IMG/VR virus record: IMGVR_UViG_3300029286_001647
Length of the DNA stretch: 43,509 bases
Reading direction: 5' to 3' (one strand)
Source of the DNA: a virus
Position 1 is the stretch's first letter. Each line of letters opens with the position of its first letter. The notes beneath the pieces were generated by a model, which searched no databases, had not been told where the DNA came from, and saw only the letters and a list, made by a program, of their open reading frames with translations. Positions 27,429 through 35,837 of the stretch are shown one piece after another. The position numbers were made by a program, and so were the translations under genes.

Positions 27429-27457
27429 ATTTTACCGCGAAAAAGAAACACTAATTA
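27429..27457 (-). promoter_or_regulatory. conserved motif copy 4
   Basis: 'AGTGTTTCTTTTTCGCGGTAAAAT' directly after the stop of 27455-27934. Confidence 0.4.
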
Positions 27458-27934
27458 ATCTCCTGTATTTTCTTCTTGAGGGTAGAAATGATATCTAGGC
27501 ACCATATAAAACTTATCTATCAAAAGCTTCCATTTTGCCATTTGTTCTATCCATTTAAAAACAGCATAATTTGTGTCATATATTTCTGGCAGAAATTTAC
27601 AGCAAGTCAATGGGCTGCTTGCTCTCCAGTGAAGACAGCAAACGTGACAAACTCCCCTATATCCATATTCTGCCGCAAGTATATATTCTGCTTCTCTACC
27701 ACAGCATGGGCAAAAACCAGCCCAGGGATATTGTTCTCTCCGTATAATATGATTTTCATTAGGCTCATTTTTAATCTGCCTGTCTCTATTTTCATTATAA
27801 AAAGCATTTGCATTCCAGCAATCAGATATAAAACCAGCAGCATGGGATGCACGTTCCATTTCTTTTGAAAGTTGTATAGCAGCTTCTTCAATCTCATTAA
27901 GGTTCATCTCGTTCATTTTCTCTCTTTTAAACAT
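27455..27934 (-). CDS. hypothetical Cys-rich protein (159 aa)
   Basis: 'FCPCCGREAEY...CHVCCLHW'. Confidence 0.5.
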   Translation of the reverse strand: MFKREKMNEMNLNEIEEAAIQLSKEMERASHAAGFISDCWNANAFYNENRDRQIKNEPNENHIIRREQYPWAGFCPCCGREAEYILAAEYGYRGVCHVCCLHWRASSPLTCCKFLPEIYDTNYAVFKWIEQMAKWKLLIDKFYMVPRYHFYPQEENTGD

Positions 27935-28016
27935 ACTTATTCTCCTATATATCTATTTTACGGAATTTATTATTTTCTATTGGTTTGCAAGGATAGCCAT
28001 GATTGTGATTATATGA

Positions 28017-28120
28017 GATGTAGTGTCTATCCCCAAGGCAAGCCCTCACTAACGTTCGTCCTTCATACAATTTCTGTAATACAGAAATTGTATTACGGAT
28101 TGGGGTTTGCGACACTACAT
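28017..28120. promoter_or_regulatory. structured element: outer 10-bp inverted repeat enclosing a 29-nt perfect palindrome (28065-28093)
   Basis: 'atgtagtgtc'/'gacactacat', 'ccccaa'/'ttgggg', central 'atacaatttctgtaatacagaaattgtat'. Confidence 0.45.
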
Positions 28121-28129
28121 TTCATATAA

Positions 28130-28873
28130 TCACTCAAATAAATCGATATGGTTCTGTCTGTGGTTCTCTATCCGCTGCTTCGCCATTTCGTAGTACTTAG
28201 GCTCTTTCTCCACAAGCAAATAATCCAATCCCTTAATCTCACAAGCAATACCAGTGGTTGCAGATCCGCACATCGGGTCTAATACAAATCCTTTATCGGG
28301 ACAACCTATATCCAACATACGAGTGATTAGCCATAAAGGTTTCTGATGTGGATGACCGACTCTCTCACTTCCATGAGTAATAGAACTTTTCCAGCAGTTC
28401 CTTAATTGAGTTCCACCATTATGCAACTTAGACTTTTCATAATCAAAGAAGTAGTCTTTAGTCTTTGCTGCCCAAATGATATGTTCACAGCTTTCTATTA
28501 GTCCCTGTCTCGTCACGCTAAAGAAAGCATTATCCTTAAACCATACAATAGAATTGACGATCCAGAAGCCAAAATGCCTTTTAAGCAAGTCGCCAAGGAA
28601 ATAGATGTTATGGAGCGATCCAAAGGCGAAAATGCTTCCTGTGTCCTTCAACAAAGGCACAAGGGTTTCTATATTGGTCTTGTAGGAATCATATTGCTCT
28701 TGAACGGAATTGAATGTATCCCAATCCTCAGCAGACTTCTTCCACTTCTTTTCCTTATGTTCTATTTTGGAATTGCCTATTCCGTATGGAGGATCCCAAA
28801 GAACAAAATCTACTGTATTAGGCTGAACGTGATTGCTCAGGTTCGCCATATCATCATTTATAATTCCGCCCAT
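28130..28873 (-). CDS. DNA methyltransferase, beta-class N6-adenine/N4-cytosine (N6_N4_Mtase family)
   Basis: motif IV 'DPPYG' before motif I 'LDPMCGSATTGIA'; 'HPHQKP'. Confidence 0.85.
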   Translation of the reverse strand: MGGIINDDMANLSNHVQPNTVDFVLWDPPYGIGNSKIEHKEKKWKKSAEDWDTFNSVQEQYDSYKTNIETLVPLLKDTGSIFAFGSLHNIYFLGDLLKRHFGFWIVNSIVWFKDNAFFSVTRQGLIESCEHIIWAAKTKDYFFDYEKSKLHNGGTQLRNCWKSSITHGSERVGHPHQKPLWLITRMLDIGCPDKGFVLDPMCGSATTGIACEIKGLDYLLVEKEPKYYEMAKQRIENHRQNHIDLFE

Positions 28874-28883
28874 ATAACTCCTA

Positions 28884-29624
28884 TTAGCTTATTTCTACAT
28901 CATCAATATAATGATCGAAGCTTTCTTTGTTTATCTCAAACCCACAAGGTCTTCTATTGAGACGCTGAGACACAATCGCTGTCGTAAAGTTCCCTAAGAA
29001 GAAATCACAAACAACATCTTCTTCTTGAGAAGAATAGCTTATGATCTTCTCAATCAATGCTTCTGGAAGTTTGTTCACGTTCTTTACTGCGCCAGGGCAA
29101 TACTCTTTGTTGATCGTCCAAACATCTTCCATATCCTTATAAACCATAGAACGACCTTTATTAGTTCTCGCATCGTCTTGGAACCTACAATTCCTATTGA
29201 AATACGGTTTGGCTTTCTTGCTCTTTTTGCAATACAGAATATGGTAATGTGAGCTGACAAACTTCTTTTTCGTGTAAACTCCAAAGTTGTATTTCCATAT
29301 AATGTGATTGATTACAACAAATCCTGCTTCATTCAGAGCGTTTAGGACATGGTTAAGGTTTGTCCATCCTGAGAAGACATAGAAGCTTCCATTAGGCTTT
29401 AGAACGCGATATGCTTCTTTCATCCATTCTGTAGTGAACCTGTAATAATCTGGAGGCGCTTCTACATATCCAGATATGATGTTATTCGCCTTACGATTAT
29501 AATGTTGCTTATCGAAAGATGTTTCTGATAGACCGAAAGGAGGATCGCAGATCATAAGGTCTACAGATCCATCAGCAATATATTTTTTCGCGCCAGAAAT
29601 GCAATCTTCATTGTATATATTCAT
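28884..29624 (-). CDS. DNA methyltransferase, beta-class N6A/N4C, with degenerate motif I
   Basis: 'MICDPPFG' then 'VVCDFFLGNFTTAIV'. Confidence 0.75.
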   Translation of the reverse strand: MNIYNEDCISGAKKYIADGSVDLMICDPPFGLSETSFDKQHYNRKANNIISGYVEAPPDYYRFTTEWMKEAYRVLKPNGSFYVFSGWTNLNHVLNALNEAGFVVINHIIWKYNFGVYTKKKFVSSHYHILYCKKSKKAKPYFNRNCRFQDDARTNKGRSMVYKDMEDVWTINKEYCPGAVKNVNKLPEALIEKIISYSSQEEDVVCDFFLGNFTTAIVSQRLNRRPCGFEINKESFDHYIDDVEIS

Positions 29625-30118
29625 TTCTTATTGGCGCGCTCCTTAAGGTCTTCTCTGACTTTCGTAATTGCTTCGCCCAGCCAGTTAGTCCCTTGCCAAT
29701 TCTTCCTGTCGTAAATGCGAGGATCATCCTTTGCCATATGTATTCCCCATATAGCATCCGTAGGAGATGCTTCCACTAACAAAGTCCCATCCGTCTCGAC
29801 AAGGCTTTTCATCATATGATCATTTTGAGTGAACTTCGCCATATTGCCTTGATATACAATGTCTTTGGCTACTGCTTGCCATCTCTCTACATCAAAATCT
29901 TTTACCTGCTTACCCAAAGCTTTCTGCTCTCTGGGGTCAGATGTTGACATAATTCGCTCAAGGATTTCATAATCTGCAAACATGACAGCTTTATTTGCCA
30001 TCATCCACTGTTCCGCTGAATTATACTTAACCCCATCAATTACGAAATCGCATCTTGCCCATTGGGAAAAAGGACCACCATAGAAAAACGTAAACTTATC
30101 ATACTTCTCGAAATCCAT
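29621..30118 (-). CDS. NADAR (YbiA/DUF1768) domain protein
   Basis: 'FFYGGPFSQWARCDFVIDGVKYNSAEQWMMANKAVMF' and 'EASPTDAIWGIH' parallel E. coli YbiA (recalled). Confidence 0.75.
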   Translation of the reverse strand: MDFEKYDKFTFFYGGPFSQWARCDFVIDGVKYNSAEQWMMANKAVMFADYEILERIMSTSDPREQKALGKQVKDFDVERWQAVAKDIVYQGNMAKFTQNDHMMKSLVETDGTLLVEASPTDAIWGIHMAKDDPRIYDRKNWQGTNWLGEAITKVREDLKERANKK

Positions 30119-30126
30119 ACTACCTC

Positions 30127-30519
30127 CTATTTCATTGACTTATAAGACTTGAGCATTAGCGCAACTCCCGCCGCAAGCATAATGATCATCAAAATAAAAT
30201 GCGTTGTCTTAATGTTCATGAAGAATTGAATTCTGCTGATAATCTCAATCCCGATAATCCCAAGACCACACCACATCAAGACCCACGCCCAAGTCCAACG
30301 TGCATTATAGAACAAAGCCACTACACCTGCGAAGAAGGGAACAAAAATAATGCCCATAGAAGTGGTATGTCCAGACCCACGAAAACAACCGCTGACCCAT
30401 CCATATCCTCCCGTAGTCACTCGAACAGAATCGAAGAAGAAATAGACTGCCAGCGCAGCCAGAAGGAAACCGATCAGATAAGTTCCAACTCCACCACTTG
30501 TTCCACCGCTACCACGCAT
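30127..30519 (-). CDS. membrane protein (130 aa, 4 TM)
   Basis: hydrophobic throughout. Confidence 0.5.
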   Translation of the reverse strand: MRGSGGTSGGVGTYLIGFLLAALAVYFFFDSVRVTTGGYGWVSGCFRGSGHTTSMGIIFVPFFAGVVALFYNARWTWAWVLMWCGLGIIGIEIISRIQFFMNIKTTHFILMIIMLAAGVALMLKSYKSMK

Positions 30520-30947
30520 TTCTTGTTTTCCTTTTCTTTTGATGGCCAGAAGTATTCAAGATTAGGACCGATGTCCCAATGAAATTGTCCGTAATGGACA
30601 GGATCTTTTCTCAACAGATTACTTTGATGACTTCGATGATAACGATTATCACCTAACCACCAAGGAATAGATACCTTGCCTAAATTAGTTCTCATTTCTT
30701 CAAACTTCGGCAGCAAGCTATCATTGTATCCCCTGCTAATCCATTCACGGCACATATAGATACCATAAACGCAAAGCAGAGGTTCAAAGCCTTTCCATTG
30801 TTTGACAGCAGGATGATTGCGCCAACCTCCGTCATTCAGCAACGTATTGAGTATCTGCCAAGCTTCGACTCGCTGTTTGCCGCATCGCCGATAATCGAGG
30901 CACTTAGCAGTTTCTCTGAACGACATATATGGTAAAAAGGTTTGCAT
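30474..30947 (-). CDS. hypothetical protein (157 aa)
   Basis: ORF track. Confidence 0.5.
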   Translation of the reverse strand: MQTFLPYMSFRETAKCLDYRRCGKQRVEAWQILNTLLNDGGWRNHPAVKQWKGFEPLLCVYGIYMCREWISRGYNDSLLPKFEEMRTNLGKVSIPWWLGDNRYHRSHQSNLLRKDPVHYGQFHWDIGPNLEYFWPSKEKENKKCVVAVEQVVELELI

Positions 30948-30995
30948 TGCTATACCTAAATCATTTTCCTTTCGACAGCCATTTTAACCGATAAA

Positions 30996-31976
30996 TCATT
31001 CACCTTTCCGTTTTTCGCGGAAATCGCAAACCCAACATTTATGTGCATAAGAGAATCGTATATTCCCATTCACTCCATCTTCTGTACGATAATCACCGGC
31101 AGATGCGTGATACTTGCACTCTTGCCATAAATGACAAGATTCACTTTTGCAGATTGGAACGCAGCCAGGAACAAATCCATTTGTCACTGCCTTTTGATTC
31201 AAAGAGATATAAGCGTCAACAGGTTCGTAATAAGGCTCTCCGCGGGAGACAAATGAATCTACTCTCGAAAATATGTCTTCTACAATCTGAACTTTGTTAT
31301 TCGATTTATGCCATTCACTCTCCCCAAAATTAGATGGAGGAACAGTATCCAACAGGATAGCACAATGAGTTTTGGCTTCCCTCATCATCTTCTTGTCATT
31401 GACAACTACGAGATTTGCCTGATTTCTCTCCAAAGACTTAAATCCAATCTCAAGAAGCTCATCAAAAGTTCTATTGATTTCGAACTTGAAAGCGACAATA
31501 AAGAAATTAGGGTCTTTATTCCATTCACGGAAATGAGTGATGATCTTTGGATTGAGAACAATCTTTTGCCTCATATACTCAATCAAAGCTTCTGGATCAT
31601 CAGATTTCAGCTTGATACCTTCACCTTCGTCTTTTTTGAAACCGAAGTCAGCAACTGCCATAGCGTGAACAATGGCATCAGCTTTCGGAACAAGAAGCTC
31701 TAGCATTTCAAAAGCGTCTTGTGCAGAATAGACTGTATAGGTCTTAACCTCTCCTCTATAGTAGTTTCTATTCGCAATAGATTCTACAATTGTCCTGCCA
31801 TATTCTATATCCTTAGACCCTGTCGTTTGTACGAAATCAACATCCCATCCCTTTTCGGAGAAGTATGCGGCTGCAATTGCTCCAAGAGCGCCAGACGATA
31901 CGTTTGTGATCAAACGAAAATCGTCTACCTTCTCTTTTGTCCCGCCTGAAGTCACGATTACTTTTTTGTTAGGCAT
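30996..31976 (-). CDS. coaB: phosphopantothenate-cysteine ligase (CoaB domain) with Cys-rich C-terminal extension
   Basis: 'KKVIVTSGGTKEKVDDFRLITNVSSGALGAIAA' matches CoaB/DFP; start set at ATG 31976 with a GGAGAG ribosome-binding site. Confidence 0.8.
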   Translation of the reverse strand: MPNKKVIVTSGGTKEKVDDFRLITNVSSGALGAIAAAYFSEKGWDVDFVQTTGSKDIEYGRTIVESIANRNYYRGEVKTYTVYSAQDAFEMLELLVPKADAIVHAMAVADFGFKKDEGEGIKLKSDDPEALIEYMRQKIVLNPKIITHFREWNKDPNFFIVAFKFEINRTFDELLEIGFKSLERNQANLVVVNDKKMMREAKTHCAILLDTVPPSNFGESEWHKSNNKVQIVEDIFSRVDSFVSRGEPYYEPVDAYISLNQKAVTNGFVPGCVPICKSESCHLWQECKYHASAGDYRTEDGVNGNIRFSYAHKCWVCDFREKRKGE

Positions 31977-31977
31977 T

Positions 31978-32235
31978 TTATCTCTCCGATTCTGGAATCT
32001 TAGGTCTTTCAACCACTTTGCAACCTAGCGCCGTAGCAATTGCAGAAACTATTTCTGAACATTTCTCCAGATGTATTTCTTTGTCGAATTGAGTCTCAAG
32101 GAAATACGGTGTAATCGCATTGATTACATTTCCGTTTAGGTATAGATTAACATGGACGAGTTGCATACGTCCACCTACAACAAGCTTTCTATATTCTTTT
32201 TCGACTATCAAAACATTCTCATCGCTCATAGTCAT
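31978..32235 (-). CDS. hypothetical protein (85 aa)
   Basis: ORF track. Confidence 0.4.
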   Translation of the reverse strand: MTMSDENVLIVEKEYRKLVVGGRMQLVHVNLYLNGNVINAITPYFLETQFDKEIHLEKCSEIVSAIATALGCKVVERPKIPESER

Positions 32236-32794
32236 CTCCTTGCCATTTTAAGGCATTGTTAAGGCGTATAGTAGGATCTAAAAGGTTTTCTGGCTGAGGT
32301 TGATCCAATTCCCATCCTCCCGCCGAGATCTTACCATGTCTGTACAAATGCAAATGCAACATTGATCGTGGTCTACCTTTGTCTTTCTTCAACACTCTCT
32401 TAACATATCCAACCAGATCGCCAGCTAAAACAGGTTCGCCTATTTTAATTGTACGAGATACGTCAATCTCTCCATAAGCGACAACTCCGCTTTCGCCAGC
32501 TATAAGAACAGCTTCCGTATCTTCCCACCAATCGCAACCGGCTTTCTTTCCAGTCCAAGCTTCGATAAGAACAGGAATCCCATCCTCAACTGCGTAAACA
32601 GGAGTTCCTTCAGGGCAATATAAGTCTACTCCTCCGTGAACATCATGTTTTCTCTTCGCACCAAAAGCGCCACAATGTTCTCCAAAAGGGATTTCTACTT
32701 GTTTAGTGATATCGATCTTACGAAATGATTCAGAATCATCCGTTAAATCAAGCACTTCCATTCTAAGAGGGAATTTCCAAAGCGGCATCTTCAT
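32219..32794 (-). CDS. M23/LytM peptidoglycan endopeptidase
   Basis: 'HGGVDLYCPEGTPVYAVEDG' (HxxxD) and 'MLHLHLY' (HxH). Confidence 0.75.
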   Translation of the reverse strand: MKMPLWKFPLRMEVLDLTDDSESFRKIDITKQVEIPFGEHCGAFGAKRKHDVHGGVDLYCPEGTPVYAVEDGIPVLIEAWTGKKAGCDWWEDTEAVLIAGESGVVAYGEIDVSRTIKIGEPVLAGDLVGYVKRVLKKDKGRPRSMLHLHLYRHGKISAGGWELDQPQPENLLDPTIRLNNALKWQGDDYER

Positions 32795-33362
32795 CCTCCA
32801 ATAACTTATTTACAAACTCAACTACTTTTCTTGGTTCTTCTGCTTTACCCTTACCCACATCTCCACAAGCCAGTCTCCCCACTACTGGCTCTATAAAATG
32901 GATAACAGGTCGATGTATATGATTGAGTATATCGGTAAAAGCGAATAACAAAGTCCTCATATTTTTGACATTGATGGGATGCTCATACATCCTCGTGTTG
33001 CAAGCAGGGCAAATAACAATCCTGCACTTATCTAATGGCAAAGCCATAAAAGTAGTAGAAAGCAAATCATCTGCAATCCCATTGGCAAACTTAGCCATAA
33101 TGTTTACAGTCGCAGGATAAACGAGAAATACATCCGCCCAAGTCGCAAGTTCAATATGTTTGATCGAAGTACGTCTTTCCCACATACTTGTATGTACTTC
33201 TCCTCCAGAGACGCTTTCGATTGTCAATGGAGTAATAAACTTTGTGGCATTCTCTGTCATAATAGTCTTAACTTTATGACCAGTCGCCAGTAAGCCAGAG
33301 ATAACGTCACAAGCCTTATAGGCTGCAATCCCGCCAGTAATACCAAGTAGTATGTTTGCCAT
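32763..33362 (-). CDS. coaC: phosphopantothenoylcysteine decarboxylase (CoaC flavoprotein)
   Basis: 'MANILLGITGGIAAYK', 'FITPLTIESVSG', 'ICPACN', 'LACGDVGKGK' parallel E. coli Dfp N-domain; AGGAG ribosome-binding site. Confidence 0.85.
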   Translation of the reverse strand: MANILLGITGGIAAYKACDVISGLLATGHKVKTIMTENATKFITPLTIESVSGGEVHTSMWERRTSIKHIELATWADVFLVYPATVNIMAKFANGIADDLLSTTFMALPLDKCRIVICPACNTRMYEHPINVKNMRTLLFAFTDILNHIHRPVIHFIEPVVGRLACGDVGKGKAEEPRKVVEFVNKLLEDEDAALEIPS

Positions 33363-33366
33363 GTTC

Positions 33367-34422
33367 TTACTCCTGTGATGGAGCGACTGCCCATCCGATT
33401 TCAGGCTCAACAGATACGCTATCTCTTGAGGAGACTCCAAGTAGCCCAGCATAGAAATCATACTTGTATTCTGTCCCAAGGTATTCCCATATAAACGGGA
33501 CTTTGCTGACAGATGATGGAAGCCTATCTGAAGTCAATCCTCCAAATAAATCTGCTGTAATAACATCAATATAAGGATTTCTTGTGAAAGGATCTCCATC
33601 ATTATATTGATTCTCAAGATACGGGAAGAGATTTACCATCCACCCTTTAATATATGGACCTCCGCTCTGGTTCTCTTTATTATAGGCTCTGCTCCAGAAA
33701 GCAGAATTAGCATTCCCTTTCTTAGCCTCGATAAACTCGTCCAAAATCTCCAGCACGGACTTAGTCCACCACCCAAGACCGTATTGTTCCCATTGAGCGA
33801 CTTTCTCTTTCATCTTCTCCCAATCGCCCAATGTCCCGCAGATATAGATGTTTGGAATACCGCACATTGTACACACTCTATATTCAAAATATGCTTTCAT
33901 TGCATCCATCAATACGATCTCACTTGCTGCTTTCTCTACGTTGCCAGTTGTAGAGAAGTCAGCTACGATAAGGCTGTGAGTTTGTTCACCGATATGTTTC
34001 TTAATTTCGGCGGAAAAAAGAGCAAAGTCTTTCTCCCAATCATTATCAGGACTTCCTTTAACAAGGCTATCGTCGCGTACTCTGATTAAAAGCTTACCTT
34101 CGTGAGAAACAAACTTGCTTCTTAGATCTTCTGCATTCATATTGATATGATTAGCAAGACCCTGAGTTAGAGTAATCCACATAACATCAGGCGTGATCCA
34201 CAGGTTATGATGATGATCGAAAGCATATTCAACAGCAGACATAAGGCAATGAAAAGGAGCAGCATTGATGACTTCTACGTTCTTAGAGCAAGCCTCTGGA
34301 CTCACTCCAGAAAGCTTCTTGAAGAAGCTTCCCAGAGCCATACTGCCCTGAGTAGATACTTTCATCTCTGCAACGTTATTCCCCTGGACTTTAGTTGTTT
34401 CCATCATCCCATTGAATCTCAT
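33367..34422 (-). CDS. hypothetical protein (351 aa)
   Basis: ORF track; no family recognised. Confidence 0.55.
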   Translation of the reverse strand: MRFNGMMETTKVQGNNVAEMKVSTQGSMALGSFFKKLSGVSPEACSKNVEVINAAPFHCLMSAVEYAFDHHHNLWITPDVMWITLTQGLANHINMNAEDLRSKFVSHEGKLLIRVRDDSLVKGSPDNDWEKDFALFSAEIKKHIGEQTHSLIVADFSTTGNVEKAASEIVLMDAMKAYFEYRVCTMCGIPNIYICGTLGDWEKMKEKVAQWEQYGLGWWTKSVLEILDEFIEAKKGNANSAFWSRAYNKENQSGGPYIKGWMVNLFPYLENQYNDGDPFTRNPYIDVITADLFGGLTSDRLPSSVSKVPFIWEYLGTEYKYDFYAGLLGVSSRDSVSVEPEIGWAVAPSQE

Positions 34423-34433
34423 ATCTTATCTCC

Positions 34434-34643
34434 TTAATCTTTTTTTCTCGCAAAAATAGCTACGAGCATCGCTACTATGAAAATCAAAACAAAAGCGATT
34501 ATCACCATAGATACCGCTGAAATAACCATAGACATAAACGCAGCTATAATCGAGGGAAATACTTTAGTAAAGAAAGGGTAATAGATAAATGCCAGAGGCA
34601 TTACTATCGCCAGCAAAAACGCTTTCCTTATTAAGTCAAACAT
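34434..34643 (-). CDS. small 2-TM membrane protein (69 aa)
   Basis: hydrophobic. Confidence 0.4.
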   Translation of the reverse strand: MFDLIRKAFLLAIVMPLAFIYYPFFTKVFPSIIAAFMSMVISAVSMVIIAFVLIFIVAMLVAIFARKKD

Positions 34644-35738
34644 TTACTTTCTCCCAAACCACCTATTATATATGACATCGTAAACACCATTTCCCCTAAG
34701 TTTCAAAAGTGCGATGTCCACTTTTTTGCGCAAATCACTATCATGGATAGCAAACCCGTAGTATTGAAGGTCAAACATCCAATCCAAAGCCATCACTTTG
34801 CCAGACCCATCTCCATTGGCAAAATACATCACATTGGGAGAATCATAGACAACAATTTCGATGTCGCCATTTACAAGCTTCTTATACGCTTCCTCAATGG
34901 TTTTTACAGTCTTAACCTTTGCGCCAATCTTCTTCAATGCACTAACACTTGTAGTGTTCTCAACAGTATACACTTCTTTCCCGTTCAAATCTGACTGGCA
35001 AGTGATAGCGCCATTCAAACGATCAGAAGTAAAGTCTGCTGCTAATCTCGCAATCAAGTTCGCAAAGAAACCATATCCTAACAAGATAAGCATAATGACA
35101 ATAGCTCTGCCTACCTTCTTTTTAGCTACAACATCTCCAAATCCGACAGTCGAGCTTGTCACTACGGAGAAGTAGATAGCCTTTCCCAGTCCGGGAATAT
35201 ACTTCTTATCGAAATGCTCTGACCCTCTTTCTGCCACCCAAATGAGATGGGCAAAGAATATGATAAAGATGGTATAAGCCATCAGTAATTCGACTACTTC
35301 TGGCTTCACAAACGAGTCTACGAAAAACTTAATAAAACGAAACTTTGCAAGAGATTTCCATTGCATAGCTTCTTTCGATTTGCCTTGAGGGATAAGCACT
35401 CTCAATCCCGAATCGAGATAATGCTGAGAAAAGTTCACTTGCTTTTCGCGATCTTCGTCAATTGTGATGCCGGATATGCCGATGTCTGCTTTGCCAGATG
35501 AGACATTCGGAATAATTTCACCGAAATCTACTACCTGATACTTGTAGGAAAGGTTTAATTCTTTTGCAATAGCCTCCCAAAGGTCTATATCAAACCCGGT
35601 GACCTTATCGCCGTCTACATTGACGCAAGGGGCGAATTCAGACAGATTGACGATTAAAGGCTTTTGTGACCCTTGTGTAGAAGGTTCTGCCGCTAGGCAG
35701 AAAGACGAAATGAATAGAATAGATAAGAGCGATTTCAT
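34644..35738 (-). CDS. GluR0-type ligand-gated K+ channel (substrate-binding-protein lobes S1/S2 split by a 2-TM K+ pore)
   Basis: signal peptide 'MKSLLSILFISSFCLAAEP'; S1 'GFDIDLWEAIAKELNL...GISGITIDEDR'; M1; pore 'YFSVVTSSTVGFGDV'; M2; S2 lobe to C-term. Confidence 0.8.
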   Translation of the reverse strand: MKSLLSILFISSFCLAAEPSTQGSQKPLIVNLSEFAPCVNVDGDKVTGFDIDLWEAIAKELNLSYKYQVVDFGEIIPNVSSGKADIGISGITIDEDREKQVNFSQHYLDSGLRVLIPQGKSKEAMQWKSLAKFRFIKFFVDSFVKPEVVELLMAYTIFIIFFAHLIWVAERGSEHFDKKYIPGLGKAIYFSVVTSSTVGFGDVVAKKKVGRAIVIMLILLGYGFFANLIARLAADFTSDRLNGAITCQSDLNGKEVYTVENTTSVSALKKIGAKVKTVKTIEEAYKKLVNGDIEIVVYDSPNVMYFANGDGSGKVMALDWMFDLQYYGFAIHDSDLRKKVDIALLKLRGNGVYDVIYNRWFGRK

Positions 35739-35837
35739 TGCAGTGAACCTTTCTGTATCATCCAGTAGAGAGTAAAGGGACAATCCGTTATCCCTTTACC
35801 CTCTCTGAATGAAACCCTAACAACGAAACGATTGTGC

